Below, piece after piece: positions 6,431-15,045 of a stretch of 56,659 nt of DNA. Below the pieces are notes generated by a model, which saw only the letters and a list, made by a program, of their open reading frames with translations, made no database searches and was not told the DNA's origin. The DNA comes from a virus. The stretch spans positions 1 through 56,659 of IMG/VR virus record IMGVR_UViG_3300027648_000002. One strand, written 5' to 3'. The first letter of the stretch is position 1, and every line of letters starts with the position of its first letter. A program made the position numbers and the translations under genes.

Positions 6431-8508
6431 CAGCTCGGCCGGTAGTAGCCCAGAAAGCCCGATGGCCCGGTCGTCGGAGCTGGACCTTCCTCGGGGTCGC
6501 CCTGCTTGCCCATGCTGATCGCGTTCCCGTTGCCGACGTACACCGTGACGTGTGTCGTGGCGGATTCGCTTTCGCCGAAGAAGCAGAGGTCCCCGGGTTC
6601 GGGGATGCCGACCTTCTTGCACTTGGCGATCATCGTGCCCGTGTCGCCGATCGGTTTGTAGCCCAGCCCCGACGGGTCAGGCTTCCCGGCCGCCTTGTAG
6701 CACAGCGTGGCAAACGCCGAGCAGTCCATCGTGCGCGGCGACGGCCCGAACAGCGTCCCGCCGTTTTCGCGGTTGCTCGCCTCCGAATAAACGTACTTGC
6801 CCTTTTCCGCCAGCGCCTTTTTCGCGGCTTCAGCGACAGAGCTTGAGCTGCCGGAGTTCGTCGCTGCTTCGGTCGACGCGCCCGTGCTTGAGGCTTGCGG
6901 CTCTGGGAGTGGTGCGACGGGCGGCTCGAGCGTGAATGTCGTGAAGGTGTCTTTGAGGATGTTGCGGGTGGCGTCGGTCACGATCCACGGGCCGTCGAAT
7001 GGCCCGGAGTTCTGGAAGAAGAAGACCTCGCCGGCACGGTAGGCGTAGGGCGGACAGGTCAGCTCCAGCTTGATCTCCGACGGGGTGGAGGGTTTGCTGA
7101 TCCTCGACTTGCGCTGCACGCGGCCTTTGACCTTGTGTGCTTGGCGGTATTCGAAGGCGGTGTTGTCGAAGTTGCCCGTGAACGGGATGTTGATGACGCC
7201 AGTTTCCTCGACCTTGTGTCCTTGGGCGTCGTCGTGGATCACCTTGTTCGCGGGCACTTCGACGTAGAGCGAGGGCTTCTGGGCGCGTAGGTCGGGGCCG
7301 TCCATGTAGTACAGGTTGTTGCCGTTGGTAAACGCGAACCAGGTGACCTGCTGGGCGAGACGGGTGATCGCTTCCCAGGAGTCTTCATCAGGGTTTTCGG
7401 TGCTGCCCCGTTTGAGCTGAGAGACATCTGATTCGCCGGTGGACTTCTTGCCGAGCGTCACGCCGCCGTAGGCTGCGACGATCGCCTGTGCCTCCTTGAC
7501 GTTGGGGCCGTAGTTGGCTGCGCCTTTGGAGGGTTCTCCGGCACCTGAGCCCTGGGTGGCCTGTGCGACTTCGTAGGCCGGGGCGCTCGGGTGTTTCTGT
7601 GCGTATTCGATCGCGCCGCCCGTCCCCACTTCCAGGGTGCCCTTGCTGTAGGACTTCGACAGGAACGCGTCCACTTCCGATTCGACGTCGCCTTTCTTGA
7701 TGCCGAGACTGGAGGCTGTGCTTTCTTCGAACTGCAATAGGCCCGCGCCGCTGGTCGAGAAGTCGTTCTCGGTGATGCAAGCCGCGATCAACGCTTCGGT
7801 CGCGAGCACGGGGCTCTGTTTGCTGTTCGCGGTGCCCATGGCCTCGTTGATGAGCGCGCGCTGTTGGGCTGTGGGCTTCTGGCCCTTGATCGTGATCTGC
7901 GCTCCGGCGCCTACACCGCGCGACTTGTTTTCCTTCTGGAGCACCTGCGCCTGGGCTTCGTCGGTCAGTTCGCCTTCGGTCGCCGTCGCGGTTTCCTGGA
8001 TCACGTTCAACGCCGGGCAGATGAACGTGATGCGCGGCACCTTGCCGTCGATACCCACCTGGTCGACCATCTGCTTGATGAACTGTGCGCGGGTGGTGGT
8101 GCCCGGCGCGACGCTCAATGGCCCCGGCTGTTCGCGTAGCTCCGCGATGATCTTGTCCTCGAACGTCAGGATCAGCGTGGGTTCTGAGAAGTTTGTCTTC
8201 ACTTCGACGGCGCAGAACGTCCACAGCCATCCGGACTTTTCGGGGAATTCCACTTCGATCGGATCGAGGATGCCTTCTTCGTTGGTGTCAACGAATCCGC
8301 TGAGGGTGAGAACCCAGTAGGGGTCCACGACGTACACTTTGATGTAGGAGGCACCCTCGATCTGGGTCTCTAGTTCCACCTCGGTGATCGCCTGGGCGAG
8401 TTCCTCGTGTTCTGGTGTGCCTTTCTTGAAGCGTTCCGCCTCGGAGATGATGCGTGTCGCGAGGAAGCGCGGGATGCGTGTCGCTGACGGGCGCTGTTCT
8501 TCGCTCAT
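6430..8508 (-). CDS. Baseplate hub (Mu gp44 / P2 gpD position) fused to an SLT-like and an NlpC/P60 cell-wall hydrolase domain
   Basis: Central ITENDFSTSGAGLLQFEESTASSLGI fits an E...GLxQ lytic transglycosylase pattern. C-terminal MDCSAF...PGDLCFF...THVTVYVGNGNAISMG is an NlpC/P60 Cys-His core. Confidence 0.8.
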   Translation of the reverse strand: MSEEQRPSATRIPRFLATRIISEAERFKKGTPEHEELAQAITEVELETQIEGASYIKVYVVDPYWVLTLSGFVDTNEEGILDPIEVEFPEKSGWLWTFCAVEVKTNFSEPTLILTFEDKIIAELREQPGPLSVAPGTTTRAQFIKQMVDQVGIDGKVPRITFICPALNVIQETATATEGELTDEAQAQVLQKENKSRGVGAGAQITIKGQKPTAQQRALINEAMGTANSKQSPVLATEALIAACITENDFSTSGAGLLQFEESTASSLGIKKGDVESEVDAFLSKSYSKGTLEVGTGGAIEYAQKHPSAPAYEVAQATQGSGAGEPSKGAANYGPNVKEAQAIVAAYGGVTLGKKSTGESDVSQLKRGSTENPDEDSWEAITRLAQQVTWFAFTNGNNLYYMDGPDLRAQKPSLYVEVPANKVIHDDAQGHKVEETGVINIPFTGNFDNTAFEYRQAHKVKGRVQRKSRISKPSTPSEIKLELTCPPYAYRAGEVFFFQNSGPFDGPWIVTDATRNILKDTFTTFTLEPPVAPLPEPQASSTGASTEAATNSGSSSSVAEAAKKALAEKGKYVYSEASNRENGGTLFGPSPRTMDCSAFATLCYKAAGKPDPSGLGYKPIGDTGTMIAKCKKVGIPEPGDLCFFGESESATTHVTVYVGNGNAISMGKQGDPEEGPAPTTGPSGFLGYYRPS

Positions 8509-9317
8509 ATCGGCCTGATTAGCGTGCGGGGCACCTTGACCTTTGTGCCCGCCTTGAGGACCTTCAGGACGTTACTGCCGATCGCACGGTTACCGGTGTT
8601 GGCTTGAGCGAGTTCCCGGGAGACTTTGTTGTCATGGCAGTAATGAGCGCCGATGTCCGAGAGGGTGCGCCACTTGCCGTCAACTGGCACCGTCACGATG
8701 TTGATCTGGCTGCCGACGGCTTCGCGGGCCTTCGCACGGTCGGCAGCCGAGTTCAGGCCGTCATCGAACGCGGGCGCCACGTACTCGGTGAGGGTGACGA
8801 CTGCGGCCTGGCGGACGCGGTAGCCGTTCTCGTCGCGCATCACGCCTGAGCCGAGCGTTTTGTTCCATTCGATGCCGGTGATGACCCAGTACAGCGATTT
8901 GGTCTGGAACTGCAAGGGCACGAGCGGCGTTTCGCCGCGACTGTCGAACGATTCGACCTGGATCAGCGGGCTGTTGCCTTCGCCGGGTGTGCCGACGCCG
9001 CCTTCCTTCTGCGTTTTGAACTTGACGCCGCGGCCGGCCATCCATTCGAGGATCTGGATGTCGGTCTCGACGGCTTTGCTGTCCGCGACGGTTGAGGTGT
9101 CGAACAGGATCGGCACCTGTAGCGTCATCGGTTCGTAGCCTTCGAGGATCGTCAGCGACTTGCGCTGGGGCCGCTTCACGCGGGCGTAGATCGCGTAGCC
9201 TTCTGTCGGCTGGAGCGATTCGCTGTTAGCGAGGACCGCGAATTCGTAGCGTTCGACGGCCTTGCCGTTCGTCAAGAGCCCTTTGAAGCGCACTTCGCGG
9301 GACGTGAGGTTGAGCAT
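8505..9317 (-). CDS. Tail protein with a C-terminal LysM-like domain (Mu gp43 / P2 gpX-like position)
   Basis: C-terminus VTVPVDGKWRTLSDIGAHY...ELAQAN...LKAGTKVKVP fits the LysM pattern. Lies between the tape measure and the hub. Confidence 0.65.
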   Translation of the reverse strand: MLNLTSREVRFKGLLTNGKAVERYEFAVLANSESLQPTEGYAIYARVKRPQRKSLTILEGYEPMTLQVPILFDTSTVADSKAVETDIQILEWMAGRGVKFKTQKEGGVGTPGEGNSPLIQVESFDSRGETPLVPLQFQTKSLYWVITGIEWNKTLGSGVMRDENGYRVRQAAVVTLTEYVAPAFDDGLNSAADRAKAREAVGSQINIVTVPVDGKWRTLSDIGAHYCHDNKVSRELAQANTGNRAIGSNVLKVLKAGTKVKVPRTLIRPI

Positions 9318-9329
9318 TGCGGCCTCCCG

Positions 9330-11069
9330 TCAGGCGCGTGCCTGCCTTTGCAGCGTGTGCAGCGCGACCGATTCCGCGAGATGACGTTGGCTCCACGGGT
9401 CAGAGATCAGGGTTTCTGTGACCTCCCTGGCACCGAGGTGCAGGTGAATGTGCAGGTCTTTGCCGCCCGCGTGCGTGGGCGCGGCGACCCCGTAGGGTGC
9501 GGGCGCCGCTGGCGTGCTGCTGCTCTTGCCGAGTTCACCAATGGTGTTGACGTGTCCGGCGCCGAGCCCGAAGGGCAGGTGCTTCTGAACGTAGTTGTAG
9601 CCTTCGATGACCTTGTTGATCGCCTTGATGACGAGATTAATCCCCGTTTCTACGCTGCCCACAATGGCGTGGAACACGCCGCCGACGAACGAGGCGATAC
9701 CGCCGAAGACCGTTTCGACGCCCTTCTTGATCTTCGTGAAGTTTTTGATGATCTCGACGATCACGAACGCGGGCAGCGAGAGGGTGGCGAGCAGCAGTTT
9801 CCAGTGTTTGATGATGAAGCCGACGACGGTCCCGACGACCAGCTTGATCACCGCGAAGCCTGTCTGCACGATTTCGCGGAACAGCCGTATGTGCACGTAG
9901 GCCTCAGCGAGTATAGCGATCAATGCGGCGACGGCAACGATCACTATGCCGACGGGGTTGGCGTCCATGACCATGTTTAGCAATGCCCAGGCGTCTGACC
10001 AGCTGGAGATCGAGGCCGCGAGCTGCATCACCATGAGCACCTGTGAGCCCGCGGCGAAGATGGCCTCCCCGGCGGCAGCGGCGATCGTCGCCGCACGCAC
10101 GGCTAGGAACACCGCGGCGAAGGCCGCTAGGGCTGGCCACGCGACGCGTATGACGCTCGCGACGACACCGAACGCCGTCTTGAACACGGCGCCGATCTGC
10201 TTGGAGTGGTTCATCACTCCCTGGGCCATGCTCGCCAGGAAGATCCCGACCTTCGTGATCGCGGGCAGCAGCTTGCGGCCGAGGTCCTCCTCCAAGAGGT
10301 CCAGCGTGTTTTTGAAGTTGCTCATCGCGCCCGATGCCGTCTTGCTGTAGGCGGCGGTCGCGTTGCCGTATTTCTTGGCGATGACTTCGTTGATCTGCAG
10401 TGCCGTGGCCTGTTTGTCGAGCAGTTCGGCGTGCTTGAGCAGTTCGGGGTTCTGCTTCTTCTGCGCTTCGGTGAGCTTGTCGACGTAGGTCTTGACGGGC
10501 TGGATGATCCCGAGGTACTGCTGCGCTCTGCCGGCTGTGCCGGCCTGGGCGCGAGCGACGATTTTCAGGGCCGCGCTGTATTCCAAGTGGGCACCGCGGG
10601 CAAGGTTGACAGCCGCCGCATTGAGCTTGACGGCCGTGCTCGCTTTGCCCGTGACCTGGATGAGCTGTGTCAGGCCGCGGGCTTCTTCGATCGGTGAAAA
10701 GCCGCCATGCGTCGCTGAGCGCTCGACGCTTTTGTTGAGCACGTCCATCTGCTGCTTGCCGGCCTGTCCGGTGTTCTTCAGCGCGTTCTGGAGCTGGGCC
10801 TGCTGTTCCTGCCACTGTTTGCCGCCCGAGATGACGTCCTTCAAACCGAACGCCACAGTGCCCAGGCCGAGCGCGCCGACGCCGTAGCCGATCATGTTCT
10901 TCAGGCCACCGAACGCCTTTGACAGCAGGCCGGACTTCTTGCCGGTCTCATCGAGGCTGTCGCCTGTTTTGTCGGAGGACTTTTCGACGTCCTCCATCGC
11001 TTTGTTCGCGCTCTTGCTGTCGCCCGTCAACAGCCACCGGACGATGCGTGTCTCCGCTGAGCCACCCAT
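9330..11069 (-). CDS. Tail tape measure protein
   Basis: 579 aa, with an A/G/Q/K-rich helical N-half and hydrophobic segments. Position after the chaperone genes. Confidence 0.85.
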   Translation of the reverse strand: MGGSAETRIVRWLLTGDSKSANKAMEDVEKSSDKTGDSLDETGKKSGLLSKAFGGLKNMIGYGVGALGLGTVAFGLKDVISGGKQWQEQQAQLQNALKNTGQAGKQQMDVLNKSVERSATHGGFSPIEEARGLTQLIQVTGKASTAVKLNAAAVNLARGAHLEYSAALKIVARAQAGTAGRAQQYLGIIQPVKTYVDKLTEAQKKQNPELLKHAELLDKQATALQINEVIAKKYGNATAAYSKTASGAMSNFKNTLDLLEEDLGRKLLPAITKVGIFLASMAQGVMNHSKQIGAVFKTAFGVVASVIRVAWPALAAFAAVFLAVRAATIAAAAGEAIFAAGSQVLMVMQLAASISSWSDAWALLNMVMDANPVGIVIVAVAALIAILAEAYVHIRLFREIVQTGFAVIKLVVGTVVGFIIKHWKLLLATLSLPAFVIVEIIKNFTKIKKGVETVFGGIASFVGGVFHAIVGSVETGINLVIKAINKVIEGYNYVQKHLPFGLGAGHVNTIGELGKSSSTPAAPAPYGVAAPTHAGGKDLHIHLHLGAREVTETLISDPWSQRHLAESVALHTLQRQARA

Positions 11070-11575
11070 CAGACGCCCTTGTCTTTGACGATGATGTCGG
11101 TCGTCTCGTGCACGGTCTTGAGGATCTCCAGGTGCACCCGGCCGCGGGTGGCGTCATAGGCGGGTGCCATGTAGCGGTGCATTTCCTGGCTGACCCACTG
11201 TGTACGGTCGCCGAAGACGGGGTGGCGGAAGTGCCCGCCGCGTGACGCTGTGGCTGCTTTGCTGGCGCCCGTGTTCCCCAACTCAAAAAGGCCCGCGATA
11301 GCGACGCCTTTGCCGCCCGCAACTACGGCGACGGTGGCACCGGCTACACGGACCTTGGCGGTGGGCGGTATCGTTTCGCTGTGCTCTGAGGCGATCGAGC
11401 GGGCCTCCACGGCCATGATCTCGCCGGCGTTGCGCAGCCGCTTGCGTAGATCCTTGCCCATCTTCCCGCGAGCCTTGTACAGCGACCGTGCGACCTGTCG
11501 GAAGTCCCTCGTGTCGATTCCGCCCGTGCCACGGACCGTGACGGTCGAGTTGCGCATCTCGGGTCCTCGTTTCAC
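11069..11575 (-). CDS. HK97 gp10-like tail or neck component
   Basis: FRHPVFGDRTQWVSQEMHRYMAPA resembles the gp10-family C-terminal pattern. The true start may be the ATG at 11557, which has a GAGGA RBS. Confidence 0.5.
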   Translation of the reverse strand: MKRGPEMRNSTVTVRGTGGIDTRDFRQVARSLYKARGKMGKDLRKRLRNAGEIMAVEARSIASEHSETIPPTAKVRVAGATVAVVAGGKGVAIAGLFELGNTGASKAATASRGGHFRHPVFGDRTQWVSQEMHRYMAPAYDATRGRVHLEILKTVHETTDIIVKDKGV

Positions 11576-11583
11576 GTGAAACG

Positions 11584-11877
11584 TCAGCTTCGGTCGGCGA
11601 TCTCCGCTGCGGTCTCGTTCGCCATGTCGTACACCGCCCGCAGGATCGTCAGGTAGGCCGGGTCAGCGCCGACGCTCAGCTCGAGCATCCCGGAGCCCTC
11701 GCACTCGCGGCACTCGCTGGGATGCGACCACCAGCGGCGCCTCGAGCTGCCCACGCCGCGACAGGCCGCGCATGCTTCGGTGAGGACGCCGCCGAACAGA
11801 CGCCGGAAGTCGACCTGGACGCCGAGCAGGGCGCAGTTCGCAGCCAGCCGGACTAGCTGGCTGCCTCGGATTCCCCC
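11584..11877 (-). CDS. -1 frame extension of the tail chaperone (T-like domain), carrying two CxxCxGxG zinc-finger repeats
   Basis: The -1 frame opens just after a TGA at 11890-11892 and stays open to the TGA at 11584-11586. Nearly all third positions are G/C. It encodes ...TEACAACRGVGSSRRRWWSHPSECRECEGSGMLEL.... No canonical start precedes the first motif. Confidence 0.55.
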   Translation of the reverse strand, partial: GGIRGSQLVRLAANCALLGVQVDFRRLFGGVLTEACAACRGVGSSRRRWWSHPSECRECEGSGMLELSVGADPAYLTILRAVYDMANETAAEIADRS

Positions 11878-12410
11878 AACTGCTCCTCGTCAATGTCGCC
11901 GTCGACGATGCCCTGCTTGCCCATCAGCAGCCCGGCGTGGACCACCACCTGCGCCTGCTGGGGGATGATGAGGAACACGGCTTCACGGTTCGTGATCTGC
12001 GCCCCGTCGCCTGGCGTGTGCAGCCCGAGGTATTCCGCGAACGCGACATCGAGCTTGTGCGCCTCCGCGTTGAACTGTGCGGCTTCGGCCGTGGCCTGCT
12101 CGTCGGCATCGGGGCCGACCCGGATCTCGACACGCTCACAGGACGCCAAGAGAGTGTCGGCGGCGTTCAGAAGCTCCTGTGTCGCTTCGGTGTCCTCCTT
12201 GTCTTTGCCGCGCACCCTCGCGTTGCGTGCCGCGATACGCCGCTGCGTCTTGTAGTCGACGAGGTGGTAGATGCCGACGAGCCGCCCGTCATAGCCGGGT
12301 ATCGCGAGCCGCTCGAGACGGTCGCCCTGCTGTTCGGCGCGCTGGCGACGCAACTGCTCCTGCAGCGACTCCGCGGGACGCGGAAGCTCGGTCGTGACGG
12401 GTGCGTTCAT
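11853..12410 (-). CDS. Tail assembly chaperone (G-like, zero-frame product)
   Basis: 185 aa, acidic, between the tube and tape measure genes. A G5 run lies 7 codons before the stop. Confidence 0.65.
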   Translation of the reverse strand: MNAPVTTELPRPAESLQEQLRRQRAEQQGDRLERLAIPGYDGRLVGIYHLVDYKTQRRIAARNARVRGKDKEDTEATQELLNAADTLLASCERVEIRVGPDADEQATAEAAQFNAEAHKLDVAFAEYLGLHTPGDGAQITNREAVFLIIPQQAQVVVHAGLLMGKQGIVDGDIDEEQLGESEAAS

Positions 12411-12424
12411 CCGTTCCTCCTCAG

Positions 12425-12847
12425 CTAGCTGATTGGCCCATTCGGGCTAATTTTCAGTTGCAGTCTGACCTCCTCGGAGGCACCCGATTTGTAGTTCGGG
12501 CGCATGACGCCCGCCGCGACGCCCGTGTATGTGAAGACGTTGCCGGTGGATGCCTGTTCGGGGCCGAGCAGCGTGTAGCTCGCGGTGACGGCTGCCGCGA
12601 TGACCACGGAGCGCTCCATCGCCTTGTATGCCGTGACCATTGCTTCTGACCACAGCCGTTCCACGGTGATCGGCGAGCGCTTGGAGATGCCACCCAGCGC
12701 GATCTGTTCCTGCATAGCGCCGGGGAACACGATCACTTCCTCGGCTGCGATGTCGCCGCCCTCCACCATATCCCACGATTCGGCGTCGAGCGAAAGTCCG
12801 GCGATCGATACGTGGATCGAGACCTGGTCACTTCGGTATATCCGCAT
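12425..12847 (-). CDS. Tail tube protein (contractile tail)
   Basis: 140 aa, immediately downstream of the sheath gene. Confidence 0.7.
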   Translation of the reverse strand: MRIYRSDQVSIHVSIAGLSLDAESWDMVEGGDIAAEEVIVFPGAMQEQIALGGISKRSPITVERLWSEAMVTAYKAMERSVVIAAAVTASYTLLGPEQASTGNVFTYTGVAAGVMRPNYKSGASEEVRLQLKISPNGPIS

Positions 12848-12849
12848 GA

Positions 12850-14328
12850 CTACGCTCCCACAGATTCAGTTATTGGGACGGACACTATGAACTCGCTGAT
12901 CGAGTTGGCGTACGGCGAGATCCGGACTTTGAGTTCCGCGTTGAGTTCGCCCGCCTGCTCAGTGGCCGGCGTGTTGATCGGTTCACCCACATTTGCCACG
13001 CCGGCGGTCGCTGCCGATTCGCCGAAGAGGGCGTTCTCTTTCCAGTGTTCGGCGATGACGCCCTGGAGTTCGCCCTGGAGCTTTGACAGCAGGATGCCGC
13101 GCCCGTCGATCGTCCGCCCGAAATACTTTTCGAGCAGTTCTTCTGACTGTGCGATGAGGTGCATGCGCTCGCGGCTCGCGGACGCCTGCCAGAAGATGCG
13201 GTCTGTGGCATAGGTCAGCGCGGTGACGAACCCGTACAGGCACGGGATGCCTGCGGGTGTCACATACCAGGAGTTGATGCCGGCTTCGGAGAGTTCGGTC
13301 ATCTGCGCGAGCGTGAACGTGTTCGTGAAGCTCTGCACGAAGTTGCTGATGCCGCCTGCGGGCTGCCCGGGTGGTGACCAGCCTGGCCCGATCGGCGCCT
13401 GGTTGTCGTTGCCCGTCGTGGCGACCTGTGCACACAGCGCGGCGATGACGCCAGACCCGGCGATTTTCCTCGTGGTCGAGGGAGTGAGCCCCGGCACTAT
13501 GCATGAGCTGGAGTGAAAGATCATGTACCCGGCGATGCCGGCCGCGTAGGCTTCTTTGGCGGTGATCAACGTCGCCGGGTTCGACGAGTCCGCGAGGTCG
13601 CAGATCGCGAAGCGGTTGTTTTTCGACGCCTGGCAGTGTTCGCCCATCAACACGTGGATGCCTTTTTTGACGGGTTCTTTTTCGGTGGCGGGTATCCACA
13701 CCTGGCCAGGACCGTAGGTCTTGAGGATACGTTCGAGAGCTTCTTTCACTGCGGCTTCCAGGATTTCCGTCGCGGGGTTGACGCCGCCCGTGAGCGCAGC
13801 CGCCGCAACGACTTTCAGAGCTTCGCCTTTGCCCGTCGCGTATTCGCTGCCTTCTTCCACGACGATGTAGGGCGAGTTGATGCCGAGGAATTCCGAGGCT
13901 TTGGTGCCTTTGATCGTTTCGAGGACTTCGCCGGCTTCGTTCTGGATGACGAGTTCGGTGGCGTTCGCTTCGATCTTGAGCTTGTTGCCGAGCGTGCCGC
14001 GGTACTTGGCTTTGACGATCAGCGTTTTCGCCGCGCCAGCAGTGGCGAGTTCTTTGGAGGCTGCGGTCGCCGCAGATTCTTTGCCGATCCGGGTGACGTA
14101 CACCTGCGCGCCGCCGAGCGCGAAGAACGCCTGGATCTCGTCGTACATCACAGCGCTGGTCGCTGTGCGTTCGCCGAACGTGGCGACGTATGCCGAGAGG
14201 CTCTTGATGAGCGTGGTGGTGAACGGGCCGGAGTCGGTCAGGCCGAGCGGGAAGCCCGTGCCGGTGGAGATGGATGTCCCCGCCGATTGAGCGGTCTCCG
14301 TGGCGACCACTTTGATGCCGAAGGGCAT
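12850..14328 (-). CDS. Tail sheath protein
   Basis: 492 aa. Position and sheath-like N-terminus (MPFGIKVV...GFPLGLT...AQVYVTRIG). Confidence 0.85.
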   Translation of the reverse strand: MPFGIKVVATETAQSAGTSISTGTGFPLGLTDSGPFTTTLIKSLSAYVATFGERTATSAVMYDEIQAFFALGGAQVYVTRIGKESAATAASKELATAGAAKTLIVKAKYRGTLGNKLKIEANATELVIQNEAGEVLETIKGTKASEFLGINSPYIVVEEGSEYATGKGEALKVVAAAALTGGVNPATEILEAAVKEALERILKTYGPGQVWIPATEKEPVKKGIHVLMGEHCQASKNNRFAICDLADSSNPATLITAKEAYAAGIAGYMIFHSSSCIVPGLTPSTTRKIAGSGVIAALCAQVATTGNDNQAPIGPGWSPPGQPAGGISNFVQSFTNTFTLAQMTELSEAGINSWYVTPAGIPCLYGFVTALTYATDRIFWQASASRERMHLIAQSEELLEKYFGRTIDGRGILLSKLQGELQGVIAEHWKENALFGESAATAGVANVGEPINTPATEQAGELNAELKVRISPYANSISEFIVSVPITESVGA

Positions 14329-14367
14329 GGTGTTGCCTCCTGTTGGGCGGGGGTTGCGTTGCTTGCT

Positions 14368-15045
14368 CTACAGCGGTGTGCCGGTCGGCTCGCCGATGAC
14401 GGTGACCTCGCCGTCTTTGGCGGTCGGCGCGGGCTCGAATGGTTCTTCGACGCCTGTGTAGCCGGGCGATTCGGCGGGTGTCAGACCGGTCGGCCCGGCC
14501 TGCTGCTCGATGATCGGCGCGACCCAGATCGAGAAGATCGTCACGCATGCCTGCTCCCGGCGCTTTTCCGTTTCGGGGACCTCGGGCTTCGGGGCGCTCG
14601 TCATCCGGACCCACTGAAGCTGTGGGAGCTCCTGCTGTAGCTCGCCGTGCTGCAGCAGCGCCATCACGGCGGCGCCGAAGTGGGCGACCTGCTGGCGTGC
14701 TGAGTCTTCGGGCTGGGTCTGCTGGACGCCCTCATCGCCCATTCCGATGCAGTAGACGGTCACCTCGTACGCCTGGACGTAGCCGACGGACGCGCTGACC
14801 TCCGGCTCGCCGTTGGGGACGACGACGACGATCACGGCGGGCAGTTCGTCCTGTTTCCAGGCGATGGCTTCCTCGGTGCCGCCGTGGATGCTCTCGGGGG
14901 TCGGGGGACGTCCGATGCTGCCGCGCTGAAGGCCACGCTGTTCCTCGACTTCCGCGAGGTAGACGTTCAGCCAAACCTTGATCGTCTTGATGACGGCCTG
15001 CTCGACATCCCAAGTCGAGACGAGCGGCCCGATCAGCGTGGTCAT
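14368..15045 (-). CDS. Neck / tail terminator-like protein
   Basis: Position between the connector and the sheath. ELPAVIVVVVPNGEP...YEVTVYCIG resembles the terminator-family pattern. Weak call. Confidence 0.45.
   Translation of the reverse strand: MTTLIGPLVSTWDVEQAVIKTIKVWLNVYLAEVEEQRGLQRGSIGRPPTPESIHGGTEEAIAWKQDELPAVIVVVVPNGEPEVSASVGYVQAYEVTVYCIGMGDEGVQQTQPEDSARQQVAHFGAAVMALLQHGELQQELPQLQWVRMTSAPKPEVPETEKRREQACVTIFSIWVAPIIEQQAGPTGLTPAESPGYTGVEEPFEPAPTAKDGEVTVIGEPTGTPL

Noticed and set aside
11663-11893. 76-aa ORF in the +1 frame as the tail-chaperone extension
   Set aside because: Arg-rich with poor GC3. The -1 frame over the same DNA has near-uniform G/C third positions and two CxxCxGxG motifs, so it is the coding frame.
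12983-14614. 543-aa minus-strand ORF overlapping the sheath gene in another frame
   Set aside because: Extremely Arg/His/Pro-rich. The sheath frame (12850..14328) has a protein-like sequence and high GC3.
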